From Gemmatimonadales bacterium (GTDB lineage: Bacteria > Gemmatimonadota > Gemmatimonadetes > Gemmatimonadales > GWC2-71-9), in NCBI GenBank assembly GCA_965250155.1, contig OZ252291.1, positions 2,738,593 through 2,802,592 on the forward strand: a stretch of 64,000 nucleotides of DNA, given 5' to 3'. The position numbers and the translations under genes were made by a program. Below the pieces are notes generated by a model, which was not told the DNA's origin, did not search any database, and saw only the letters and a program-made list of their open reading frames with translations. This document shows, piece by piece, positions 18,211 to 26,811 of this stretch (within the stretch, counting starts at the first letter, position 1; every line of letters starts with the position of its first letter).

Positions 18211-19710
18211 TCAGGCTTTCAGCACTACGACGGTTTGGTCGTCCGCCCTGGCGCTGCAGAAGGAATCCACCTCCGCAAAGACAGCCTCGACAATCTCTTC
18301 GGCGGGCTGCTTGCAAGCGGCCCGGACAACGTCGATTACGCGCGCCTCGCCAAACGCCTCGCCGGAAACATTTCTCGCTTCTGTGATCCCATCGGAAAAC
18401 AGCAGCAGCAGATCAGTGTCACGCTGCCACGACACACGCCCCCCCGAGATCTCGTCGTCGGCTCCGAGGCCCAGCGGGGGAGCCGTCGCGTCGAGCCGCT
18501 CCACCGGGCCGTTGACGGACAGCCGGAACGCATGGGGATGCCCGGCGTTGGCGAACCGGAGCAGCCCGTTGTCGCCGTCGGCCACACCGTAGAAGAGTGC
18601 CACGTGCATCTCCGCCCCTGCCAACTCCGACTTCACGGAAGAGAGCAGCTTCTTGAGAGCTATCTCCGGCGACTCGGCGGCAACCGCGTGGATGGCCGCG
18701 GCAGACAGGACCAGGGCCATGATGAGCGCAGCCGAAAAGCCATGGGACGACACGTCGCCCAGCATGATCCCGACCTGTGACGCCGGGAGCCGGACGAACT
18801 GGTAGAAGTCTCCGCCCACACTCTCGGCGGGCCGGAATTTCGCCCCGACGTCGACTTCGGCCCCGAGAAGCGCCGGTGCGGGAAGCAGGCGCAGTTGGAG
18901 ATCGTGCGCCAGCTCCAGTTCCCGGCGCACTCGTTGTCGCTGTTGATCCAGCACCACCAGGCGGGCGTTCTCGATCGCCGCTCCGATCAGGTGCGCTACA
19001 GCAGTAACGAGCTTTACGTGGGCCTGTTCAAAGGCGTCCCCCTCCATGCGATCGGTCAGATTGATGACACCCACGGGGCGCGGCGTTCCGCTGGAATCCG
19101 GATAGACAATGGGCACCGACAGAAACGCATTGCCACGGTAGAACCGATCGGTGGAGTTGCGGGTTGCGCCGTATTTCTCTCCTGGGGCGCCTTCGCGGAT
19201 CGCGCGTCCTTCCCGGAACACCCGTGCGGCGATGGACGACTGGTCTTCCACGGGGATGGGCTGGAAGTCGCTAACGTCAATGCCCCAGCCCGCGACCACC
19301 CGGAGCTCAAACCTCTCAGGATCATGGACGAGTATGGAAGAGCGTCGCGCACTCACCACCGCACTCACTTCCCGCACGATCACGTTGGCCGCCTCCTTCA
19401 AGTCGATCGTACGCCCGAGGACTTCGCTGATTGTGTAGAGGAGGTCGATCTCCTCGTACCGGTGCGTCAGCTCTGCTGCCACCTGCATCGTCTCTCGTTC
19501 GCTGTCTAGCAGGCGCGCAAGCAGTGCTGCCAACTGGGCGTCGTCTCCCGGACCGTCGAATTGGTAGTAATAATCGGGAGCGCCGGGCAGGGCGGTCAGT
19601 TTTGGGTCCGCGGCTGCTTGCGATGGCACGACGGGAGTGGGTGCGTCACGGGGGAAAGGGACCCCCGCCACGAGTTGCAGGGCACCATCGCTGGCCCGCC
19701 ACAGGCGCAC
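18211..19710 (-). CDS. GAF-domain PP2C (SpoIIE/RsbU-type) serine phosphatase
   Basis: 499 aa. Central GAF-like region, then PP2C/SpoIIE motifs (GGDFYQF, GDVSSHGFSAAL, FSDGITEA, DDQTVVVLK). Confidence 0.88.
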   Translation of the reverse strand: MRLWRASDGALQLVAGVPFPRDAPTPVVPSQAAADPKLTALPGAPDYYYQFDGPGDDAQLAALLARLLDSERETMQVAAELTHRYEEIDLLYTISEVLGRTIDLKEAANVIVREVSAVVSARRSSILVHDPERFELRVVAGWGIDVSDFQPIPVEDQSSIAARVFREGRAIREGAPGEKYGATRNSTDRFYRGNAFLSVPIVYPDSSGTPRPVGVINLTDRMEGDAFEQAHVKLVTAVAHLIGAAIENARLVVLDQQRQRVRRELELAHDLQLRLLPAPALLGAEVDVGAKFRPAESVGGDFYQFVRLPASQVGIMLGDVSSHGFSAALIMALVLSAAAIHAVAAESPEIALKKLLSSVKSELAGAEMHVALFYGVADGDNGLLRFANAGHPHAFRLSVNGPVERLDATAPPLGLGADDEISGGRVSWQRDTDLLLLFSDGITEARNVSGEAFGEARVIDVVRAACKQPAEEIVEAVFAEVDSFCSARADDQTVVVLKA

Positions 19711-19760
19711 GTCAGCCCCTACCAGCGAACTGAGCGCGCGCAGGGCGGTGTCGAGTCGGC

Positions 19761-20156
19761 TCAGGCGCGGTGGAGCGTCATGCAGACGGAGTTTCCTTTT
19801 TCGTTAAAGGCAAGGTCGTCGACGAGTTTTTTGATGAGGAACAGGCCGCGACCCTCGGGGCGTTCGAGGCAGTCTGGATGCCTAGGATCGGGGATGCAGC
19901 GGGGATCGAATCCGCTGCCCTGATCCTGCACGCTAACCTCGACGCCTTCACCGTGTTGACGAAGCGTCACATGTACACGTTTGCCCGGATCGAGCCTGTT
20001 CCCGTAGACGATTGCATTGGCCAACGCCTCGGACAGCGCCACACGCAGGTTGAACCGTACCGCTCTTACCGAGAGGCCGCACGCCAGGCAATAGCGAGCC
20101 ACTATATCGACTGTCTGTTCCACGATCTCGAGCTCGCTGGGAACGGTGATGGTCAT
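19761..20156 (-). CDS. Anti-sigma-factor-type serine kinase (RsbW/SpoIIAB-like HATPase)
   Basis: HATPase_c_2 motifs (ALSEALANAIVYGN, VQDQGSGFD, GRGLFLIKKLVDD). The start is taken at MTITVPSELEI. The ORF track extension to 20270 is probably non-coding. Confidence 0.82.
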   Translation of the reverse strand: MTITVPSELEIVEQTVDIVARYCLACGLSVRAVRFNLRVALSEALANAIVYGNRLDPGKRVHVTLRQHGEGVEVSVQDQGSGFDPRCIPDPRHPDCLERPEGRGLFLIKKLVDDLAFNEKGNSVCMTLHRA

Positions 20157-20235
20157 CAGCAGACCTTCGTCCGTTCCCCGTGGATTCACCAGATCCCGAC
20201 GCCGGACACACAGCCGTAGCGGGACTATCACCATC

Positions 20236-20571
20236 TCAGAAACTCTGGACGGCTTCGTCGGAGGTACCACAGATCTTGAACAGCGTGTCCAGCTTGGTCA
20301 GTTCAAATAGCATTCGAAGGTCTTCATTGAGGCCCGCGAGGCGCAGCTCTCCGCCTGCCTCGCGTATCTTCTTCGAAACCGAAACGAGAACGCCAAGACC
20401 TGATGAATCGATGTACTCGGTTGATAAGAAATCAAGCACGAACTTCGACTCGCCGGCTTCCAGGGCTTTGAGCACCTTGTCCTTGAGTTCATTTCGGTTC
20501 GCTACTATCAACTGACCGTCCACTGACACGATGATGACACCATTCGGGGCGTTACTCACAGTGAACGTCAT
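20236..20571 (-). CDS. STAS-domain anti-sigma-factor antagonist (RsbV/SpoIIAA-like)
   Basis: 111 aa with the conserved phosphorylatable segment (YIDSSGLGVLV). Confidence 0.88.
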   Translation of the reverse strand: MTFTVSNAPNGVIIVSVDGQLIVANRNELKDKVLKALEAGESKFVLDFLSTEYIDSSGLGVLVSVSKKIREAGGELRLAGLNEDLRMLFELTKLDTLFKICGTSDEAVQSF

Positions 20572-21623
20572 CTGTCCTCCTGCCCAGTGAAGGGTGGCTG
20601 GTGCGTTTGCAGTATTGCAACCGCTGCCACATCGACAATATCGTCCGCCGACGCTCCGCGAGAGAGATCGGCTACCGGCTTCGCGAGACCTTGAATAATG
20701 GGTCCGACGGCAACCGCTCCCGCCAGACGTTGTACCAGTTTGTACGCAATGTTCCCACTGTCAAGGTCGGGGAACACCAAAATGTTCGCCCTGCCAGCCA
20801 CCGGGGAACCGGAGGCTTTCCTTTCGGCCACCTCCGGTACGAGAGCGGCATCCCCTTGCAGCTCTCCGTCGCACACAATGTCGGGTGCCAACTCGCCAAA
20901 CCGTTCCACCGCTTCTGCTACCTTGGCCACCCTCGGCCCGGCGGCGCTCCCCTTGGTAGAGTAGGACAGGAAGGCCACCACCGGCTCGTCGCCGACGATT
21001 CGGCGCCGGTCTCGGGCTGCGGACAGCGCTATTTCGGCGAGCTGAGCCGCCGTCGGATCCGGCACGACGCCGGCATCGGTGAAGGTAAGCACCCCAGAGG
21101 CACCCCAACCCGGCGGAATGCCCGGTGATGCCCCCGCCCCCTGATCCCTCCTGATGCCTCTTGCTGCCACCTCTCTGTCTCTCTGCGTCTCTCCGCCGGA
21201 GGGGGAGGCGGGGACGGTTGGGAGGTACATATAAAAGGCGCTGCTTACCGTCTCGATCCCCGGCGCTGCACCCAAGAGCCAAAGGGCCGACCTCACGACT
21301 TCAGCGGTAGGACAGGTCGCGCCGGCCACGGCTGCATCCGCGTCCCCCAGGGCGAGGAGACCCACCGCACAGACGATCGGGTTGGAGGCCAGCTCCGATG
21401 CCCGGGCGTCATCCGAGACCTTGTCCGGGCTACGCTCCCGCAGTAGTGCCGCAACATCCTCCACTCGCGGAAGCCGGCCGGGTCGCAATACCACCGTTCT
21501 GGCGATGCCGGCTTCGTCGAGCAGGTCCGCGGCCACTCGCACGCGTTTGTCCCACCCTTCGGCGAGAACGACCGTGCGCTGCAGTTCGCTTGCACGGCGA
21601 TGAAGCTCCCGCCGGAAGCTCAT
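20568..21623 (-). CDS. pta: Phosphate acetyltransferase (PTA_PTB family) with an internal low-complexity insertion
   Basis: 351 aa with PTA_PTB motifs (VVLAEG, FLSYSTKGSA, NILVFPDLDSGNIAYKLVQRL, GPIIQGLAKPVADLSRG). Residues ~135-177 have no counterpart in the family consensus as I recall it. Confidence 0.85.
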   Translation of the reverse strand: MSFRRELHRRASELQRTVVLAEGWDKRVRVAADLLDEAGIARTVVLRPGRLPRVEDVAALLRERSPDKVSDDARASELASNPIVCAVGLLALGDADAAVAGATCPTAEVVRSALWLLGAAPGIETVSSAFYMYLPTVPASPSGGETQRDREVAARGIRRDQGAGASPGIPPGWGASGVLTFTDAGVVPDPTAAQLAEIALSAARDRRRIVGDEPVVAFLSYSTKGSAAGPRVAKVAEAVERFGELAPDIVCDGELQGDAALVPEVAERKASGSPVAGRANILVFPDLDSGNIAYKLVQRLAGAVAVGPIIQGLAKPVADLSRGASADDIVDVAAVAILQTHQPPFTGQEDR

Positions 21624-22103
21624 CTATGCGAGCTTTTCCCCCAACGCCCGCTGGACTACCGGGTGGACCAGGTTAGAGACGTCGCCCCCCAAGCCAGCGA
21701 CCTCACGAACCAGACTGGAACTGAGAAAGGTGAGATGCAAGGCCGGAACCAGGAACACGGTTTCGAGACTCTTGTGCAACTTGCGGTTCATCAGCGCCAT
21801 TTGGAACTCGTATTCGAAATCGCTGACGGCACGAAGACCGCGTACCACGAGGTTGGCACCGACGTCTTTGGCAAAATCGACCAGCAGGCCGTCAAACGGC
21901 TTGATGTCGACCCGATCCTCGCCGGAAACGATCTCGGAGAGGAAGGCGACGCGTTGGCTGAGCGTGAAGAGAGGTTCCTTGCCTTTGAGATCCGCCACTC
22001 CGACGATCAGTCGATCGACGAAATGGAGGCTCCGGCCAATTAGATCCTCATGGCCCTTCGTCGGAGGATCGAAGGTCCCGGGATATATCGCGATTCTCGT
22101 CAC
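21624..22103 (-). CDS. coaD: Phosphopantetheine adenylyltransferase
   Basis: 159 aa. IYPGTFDPPTKGHEDL and the C-terminal SSSLVREV motif. Confidence 0.96.
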   Translation of the reverse strand: MTRIAIYPGTFDPPTKGHEDLIGRSLHFVDRLIVGVADLKGKEPLFTLSQRVAFLSEIVSGEDRVDIKPFDGLLVDFAKDVGANLVVRGLRAVSDFEYEFQMALMNRKLHKSLETVFLVPALHLTFLSSSLVREVAGLGGDVSNLVHPVVQRALGEKLA

Positions 22104-22615
22104 GGCCGGTAACAGAAGCTTATTGCTGCATCACCGTAGCGACGCTTTTCGCTGCCACCGATGTCATCTGCGGACCGATGTTCCACGCCCAGTATCCGCG
22201 CGAAAGGCCGCGTTCGAAAAATCCGAATGAGTTCTCTCCCTTGGTCTCCTACGTACGGTGGGTCGGCGAACGCAACATCGAAGGCACCCTCGTCGAGTCG
22301 CTCGGCGAATCGCAGCGCGTCGATCTTGTGTACGCTGACCCGATCTTCCGCATCGAGAGCCGCTATGTTGGTTCGGAGCGCGGCGATGGCGGCCTTTCCC
22401 ACTTCGACGAACTCCACACGGCTCGCACCGCGTGACAGGGCTTCCAACCCCAGCGCTCCCGATCCGGCGAACAAATCCACTACGGTGGCGTCGATCAACT
22501 CGTCACCGAGGATGCTGAACCACGCCTCGCGCACCCGGTCTGCTGTCGGCCTCGTGCGGCGATCGCCGGGCGGACGAAGCGTGTGCCCTCGAAACTCTCC
22601 TGCAATGATCCGCAT
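22100..22615 (-). CDS. rsmD: 16S rRNA (guanine966-N2)-methyltransferase
   Basis: MRIIAGEFRGHTL..., DLFAGSGALGLEALSRGA, DPPY. The start is taken at the internal ATG that forms a TGATG overlap with the recJ stop. The 88-codon upstream extension overlaps recJ. Confidence 0.9.
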   Translation of the reverse strand: MRIIAGEFRGHTLRPPGDRRTRPTADRVREAWFSILGDELIDATVVDLFAGSGALGLEALSRGASRVEFVEVGKAAIAALRTNIAALDAEDRVSVHKIDALRFAERLDEGAFDVAFADPPYVGDQGRELIRIFRTRPFARILGVEHRSADDIGGSEKRRYGDAAISFCYRP

Positions 22616-24321
22616 CAGCCGGCCGGGCGCAAGGCGAGTACGCGTGCTTGGAGGCTTACAGTGCCGCGATACTCGTTTTCTTCGAGACGGAGTGCCACGT
22701 CCACCGGGCCACTCAGCCAGCCTGGGTCTACTCGATCGGCCAGTTCGAATCCGATCGCGCCGATGCTCCCGGTCTCGTCCTCGAGCGTGAATTTGAGGTG
22801 GTTCTTGCCGATTTCCCGAGGTCGTGCCGCACGGACGTTCGCAACGGCAAACACCGGTGCCGGGTTTCCCAGCCCGCATGGCTCCAGGTGTCGTAACAGG
22901 CGCTCCAGATCGGCATCCAGCCGGCCGACCGGTGTCTCAACGTCTACGCGTTGCACACGGACGAGATCTTCTTTCGAGAGCTTGGCTCGGGCCACATTGT
23001 TGAACGCCTCGCGAAACGGTTCGATGGCGTCGCGGGCTATCGTGAGACCCGCCGCCATTGGATGGCCACCGAATTTCACCAGGTGCTCCGAGCAACTCGT
23101 GAGGGCGGCGTGGAGATCGAAACCGCTGACACTGCGGCCGGAGCCTTTGCCCTCGTTGCCGTCCAGTGCCACCAAGAACGTGGGGCGCGCGAAGCGCTCG
23201 ACTACCCGCGACGCAACGATACCTATGACCCCGGGATGCCACGTGTCTCTTGCCAACACCAAGGCAAAGTTGGTGTCGAGATCCACTGTCTCTTCAATCT
23301 CTTCGACGACCTCCCGCAGGATCTCCTGATCCATCGCCTGGCGGCGGGTGTTCAGGGCCTCCAGCGCCCGTGCCTGATCGCGGGCTGATGATTCGTCATC
23401 TGCCAGCAGCAACCGGAGTCCATCTTTGGCATCGCCGATGCGCCCCACTGCGTTGAGCCGCGGCGCCAGGATATATCCCACGTGTCCCGCTCGAAAGGGC
23501 CTTCCTTCGAGGCCGGCGGTTGTCACGAGGGCGCGGACGCCTGCACAGCGTGACTGGGCCAGCGTCTTGAGGCCGAACCGGACCAGCACGCGGTTCTCGC
23601 CGGTCAGGGGCACCATGTCTGCCACCGTCGCGAGGGCGACGAGATCGAGGAGGTGGAACGGCATGTTTTCGGGAAGTCCCAATTCTTCCACCAGGGCTTG
23701 GGCGAGCTTGAACGCCACTCCCGCTCCGCAAAGCTGCTTCGAGCGTGACGGACAGTCCGGGCGGTTGGGATTCACTACGGCGTCTGCCGGGGGCAGCTCG
23801 CCCGGCACGTGGTGGTCGGTGATTACGACCTTCATGCCGCGAGCCTTGGCGTCGGCTACGGCGTGGTGGGCGGTGATTCCGCAGTCGCAGGTGACGATCA
23901 GCGACGCCCCATGCCGTTCGGCGAACGTCACGCCCGCCGGCCCGAGATCGTACCCGTCGCGCACCCGGTGTGGTACGAACGGTTTCACGTCCGCTCCGGC
24001 CTCCCGGAGCACACGGGTGAGCAGTGCCGTACCCGCCTGGCCGTCCACGTCGTAGTCGCCGTGAACGACGATGGTTTCTCCGGCGCGAACCGCTTGAGCA
24101 ATGAGCGATGTTGCTTCGGGAAGGTCTTTGAATTCCGCAGGGTCGCTCAACGAGTCGAGCGTTGGGCGAAGAAACCCCTTCGCTTCTTCAACCGAGGAAT
24201 ACCCACGTTGGATCAACAGCGCCGCAAGGGCCTCCGGGACATGCAACGCATGGGCCAGGGCACTTCGCGCTCCGGCATCGGGTTGTTCGCTGAAATTCCA
24301 GCGCGGCGCCAGCGACGTCAT
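22615..24321 (-). CDS. recJ: Single-stranded-DNA-specific exonuclease RecJ
   Basis: DHH family motifs (VHGDYDVDG, TCDCG, ITDHHVP) and DHHA1 (FGGHPMAAG). Start at MTSLAPRW (ATGA overlap with the upstream gene). Confidence 0.93.
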   Translation of the reverse strand: MTSLAPRWNFSEQPDAGARSALAHALHVPEALAALLIQRGYSSVEEAKGFLRPTLDSLSDPAEFKDLPEATSLIAQAVRAGETIVVHGDYDVDGQAGTALLTRVLREAGADVKPFVPHRVRDGYDLGPAGVTFAERHGASLIVTCDCGITAHHAVADAKARGMKVVITDHHVPGELPPADAVVNPNRPDCPSRSKQLCGAGVAFKLAQALVEELGLPENMPFHLLDLVALATVADMVPLTGENRVLVRFGLKTLAQSRCAGVRALVTTAGLEGRPFRAGHVGYILAPRLNAVGRIGDAKDGLRLLLADDESSARDQARALEALNTRRQAMDQEILREVVEEIEETVDLDTNFALVLARDTWHPGVIGIVASRVVERFARPTFLVALDGNEGKGSGRSVSGFDLHAALTSCSEHLVKFGGHPMAAGLTIARDAIEPFREAFNNVARAKLSKEDLVRVQRVDVETPVGRLDADLERLLRHLEPCGLGNPAPVFAVANVRAARPREIGKNHLKFTLEDETGSIGAIGFELADRVDPGWLSGPVDVALRLEENEYRGTVSLQARVLALRPAG

Positions 24322-25031
24322 TCCGAAGAGAACATCAGCACTCCACACGCCTCGCACGTAGCCAGCGTTTCGCCACGCCGGATTTGCTCGCGCAGGTGCA
24401 TCGGCACCGATGTGAAACAGTGACCGCACGCACCGGCGTGAAGCTCGTACATCGCTAAGGGCGCCCTGCCACTGCGGATTTTGTTGTACATCGCCAGTAG
24501 CTGGTGCTTGGTGCGGTTGATTTCTTGCGCAGCTTGTTCACGACGCGCAGACGCTTCTTCGAGACGACCATTGCACTCGGCCTGTGCCTGGGCAATCTCC
24601 TCACGACGCGGGTATTGGGCCTCTTCTTCGGCCGCCACCCGTTTCTCCGCTTCAGCCACCGCCGCTTCAATCGCCTGCACCTCGTCCGCCGACCGAATCC
24701 AGTCGGCTTCCTCTTTCGCCAAAACGCTCCGCGCCAGATCGATCTCCGCCATGAGAGCCGATGCCTCCTTGGCTCCGCGCACCCACTCCAATTTCTGGCG
24801 ACGCCGTTCCTGCATCACCCGATATGTCTCGATGTTGCTCTCGAGCTCGGTGTGCTTTTTGTTGGCTTCTCCCAGATTCGCCTGCGCCTGCGCCAACTCG
24901 TCTTCCAACTGCTTGACGCCCGCGTCCAACTCCGCAACCTCGGGCTCCAACGTCCCGATCTCGGCCTCGATGGACATGACGAGTCGGTCGGCTTCCTGCA
25001 ATGTCAACAAACGTTTGAGGTCAGACTGCAC
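24318..25031 (-). CDS. Coiled-coil / C4 zinc-ribbon protein (COG1579-like)
   Basis: 237 aa. Long coiled coil followed by CGHC...X...CEACG zinc ribbon. Confidence 0.75.
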   Translation of the reverse strand: MQSDLKRLLTLQEADRLVMSIEAEIGTLEPEVAELDAGVKQLEDELAQAQANLGEANKKHTELESNIETYRVMQERRRQKLEWVRGAKEASALMAEIDLARSVLAKEEADWIRSADEVQAIEAAVAEAEKRVAAEEEAQYPRREEIAQAQAECNGRLEEASARREQAAQEINRTKHQLLAMYNKIRSGRAPLAMYELHAGACGHCFTSVPMHLREQIRRGETLATCEACGVLMFSSE

Positions 25032-26811
25032 TACTCCTCCCTGTTCGGATTGCGTTCCAACGTCCGGGCTTCAAGACAGACAGTTGTCGAACCAATGCCT
25101 CTATCTGGTGGACGATTCCCAGTTTTTCATCTTCCGAAGCAACCGTTAGGCGGCGCTGCAGGGTTTCGAGGTCGGCTTCCATGCTCCGGCTGCGGAGACT
25201 GTTCAAGGAACCGGCTACGATAGCGTCCACATCGAGCTGCTCTCCCCACTCCTCTTGGAGCACGTCGGCCAGTACCGTGCGTGCCTCTCCCTGAACCTGA
25301 CCGAGCATTTCTGCGGCACCCACATCGTCTGGTTGGATGGAGAGGTATGCGAACAACTCGCGATCGGGCTTCCTCAGAACCGACGGATCGGGTACTTGCT
25401 CCAGAATACGCGAGCGCCACTGTGGCTCGTGAACCATAACGCGCGTCAAGTTCCGCTCCGCCGACATCGTCCCGGTACTGCCGCTCGAGCGTTTAGTTTG
25501 CTCGTTTCTGTGATGCACCCCGAGAGAGCGCGACGGACCGGAATTCACTTCCCGGCGAATCGACTCGGCCGTGATACCCAGCGTTTCGGCCGCACGGCTG
25601 ACATAGAGATCCCGTGTCACGGGATCCGCTGCGGCGCGGAGTGTCGGCAAGAGTCGGTCCAGCGCCCGACGACGTCCGGCCAGCGTTCCCATCCATCCCC
25701 TGCGATCCAGCAGTTGAAGCTCGCGCTCGAAGACGTCAATCGCATCGCAGACGATTTCGGTCAGTGCTGCCGCACCACCCTTGACCACCACAGAGTCCGG
25801 ATCTTCACCTTGGGGTAGTGTCGCAATCGTCACGCGGATCGTGGTACGCAACAGTCGGTCGGCCGCACGAAAGCTCGCCCGCATTCCCGCCTGATCGTTG
25901 TCGTACAGTAACACCACTTCCGGTGTGTAGCGCTTGAGGAGCGCGGCTTGATCCGATGTGAGCGCCGTCCCCAACGGCGCCACCACGTTTTCCACGCCGG
26001 CTTCTACCGCGCGCAGCACGTCGAAAAATCCCTCGACGACGATGGCCTTTTCCGCGCGGCGGATCGACGGCCTGGCATGATGCAGGTTGTACAGCAACTG
26101 TCCCTTGTGAAAAATCCTCGAGTCCGGTGAGTTCAGATACTTGGGCTCGCCGTCACCCAGTACGCGTCCACCGAACCCCACGACACGACCGCGCAGATCG
26201 TGAATGGGAAACAGCAACCGCCCCCAAAAACGTGGACGCACCGACCCAGCCTCGCGGCGCACCACCAGACCCGCTTCCAGCAATACGTCCTGCGCGATGC
26301 CCAGCTTTTCCATCGCCCCCAGAAACGCGCCCCCCTTGGGAGCAAATCCCAGCCCTAACGGATGGAGCGCTTCGCCGGAGAAGCCGCGCTGCGCCAAATA
26401 CTTTCTGGCGACTTCACCGTCAGGCGCTTCCCGCAAATGCTTGGCGTACCACTCGCCGGCAATGGCCGCGGCGGAATAGAGCGGTTCTCGGGGATCGGGC
26501 CCGCCGGTTGGTCGATCGGGAATCACCACTCCAACCTTGGCAGCTACTTCTCTCACTGCCGTCGGGTAGTCCATCCCGAGGTGTTTCATGAAGAACGTGA
26601 ATACGTCACCGCCCTCGTGACACACGAAGCAATAGTACATCTGCTTCTTCGGAATGACCGCGAAGTTGCGGTTCGTTCCACCGTGAAAGGGGCACGGCCC
26701 GCGGTAATCCGCACCGGTGCGCCTCAGCGCCACGTGCTCCCCGAGCACCTGGACCATATCCGCGGTATCCCGGACCCGCTCGATCAGCTCGTCAGGGATG
26801 ACGCTCACCAC
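25021..26811 (-). CDS. dnaG: DNA primase
   Basis: 596 aa. Zinc finger CPFHGGTNRNFAV...CFVCHEGGD, RNA polymerase core and TOPRIM (AIVVEGFFDVL, DNDQAG). Confidence 0.95.
   Translation of the reverse strand: MVSVIPDELIERVRDTADMVQVLGEHVALRRTGADYRGPCPFHGGTNRNFAVIPKKQMYYCFVCHEGGDVFTFFMKHLGMDYPTAVREVAAKVGVVIPDRPTGGPDPREPLYSAAAIAGEWYAKHLREAPDGEVARKYLAQRGFSGEALHPLGLGFAPKGGAFLGAMEKLGIAQDVLLEAGLVVRREAGSVRPRFWGRLLFPIHDLRGRVVGFGGRVLGDGEPKYLNSPDSRIFHKGQLLYNLHHARPSIRRAEKAIVVEGFFDVLRAVEAGVENVVAPLGTALTSDQAALLKRYTPEVVLLYDNDQAGMRASFRAADRLLRTTIRVTIATLPQGEDPDSVVVKGGAAALTEIVCDAIDVFERELQLLDRRGWMGTLAGRRRALDRLLPTLRAAADPVTRDLYVSRAAETLGITAESIRREVNSGPSRSLGVHHRNEQTKRSSGSTGTMSAERNLTRVMVHEPQWRSRILEQVPDPSVLRKPDRELFAYLSIQPDDVGAAEMLGQVQGEARTVLADVLQEEWGEQLDVDAIVAGSLNSLRSRSMEADLETLQRRLTVASEDEKLGIVHQIEALVRQLSVLKPGRWNAIRTGRSSAV

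Noticed and set aside
22616-22879. N-terminal extensions of ORF-track entries (rsmD to 22879, MBL to 14764, recJ to 24429, dnaJ to 30566, hemW to 32793, the RsbW-like gene to 20270, and GTs at 56469, 58016, 59230 and 49094)
   Set aside because: The extensions overlap the upstream gene and lack conservation-like sequence. Internal starts reproduce canonical family N-termini and give ATGA, TGATG or GTGA junctions.
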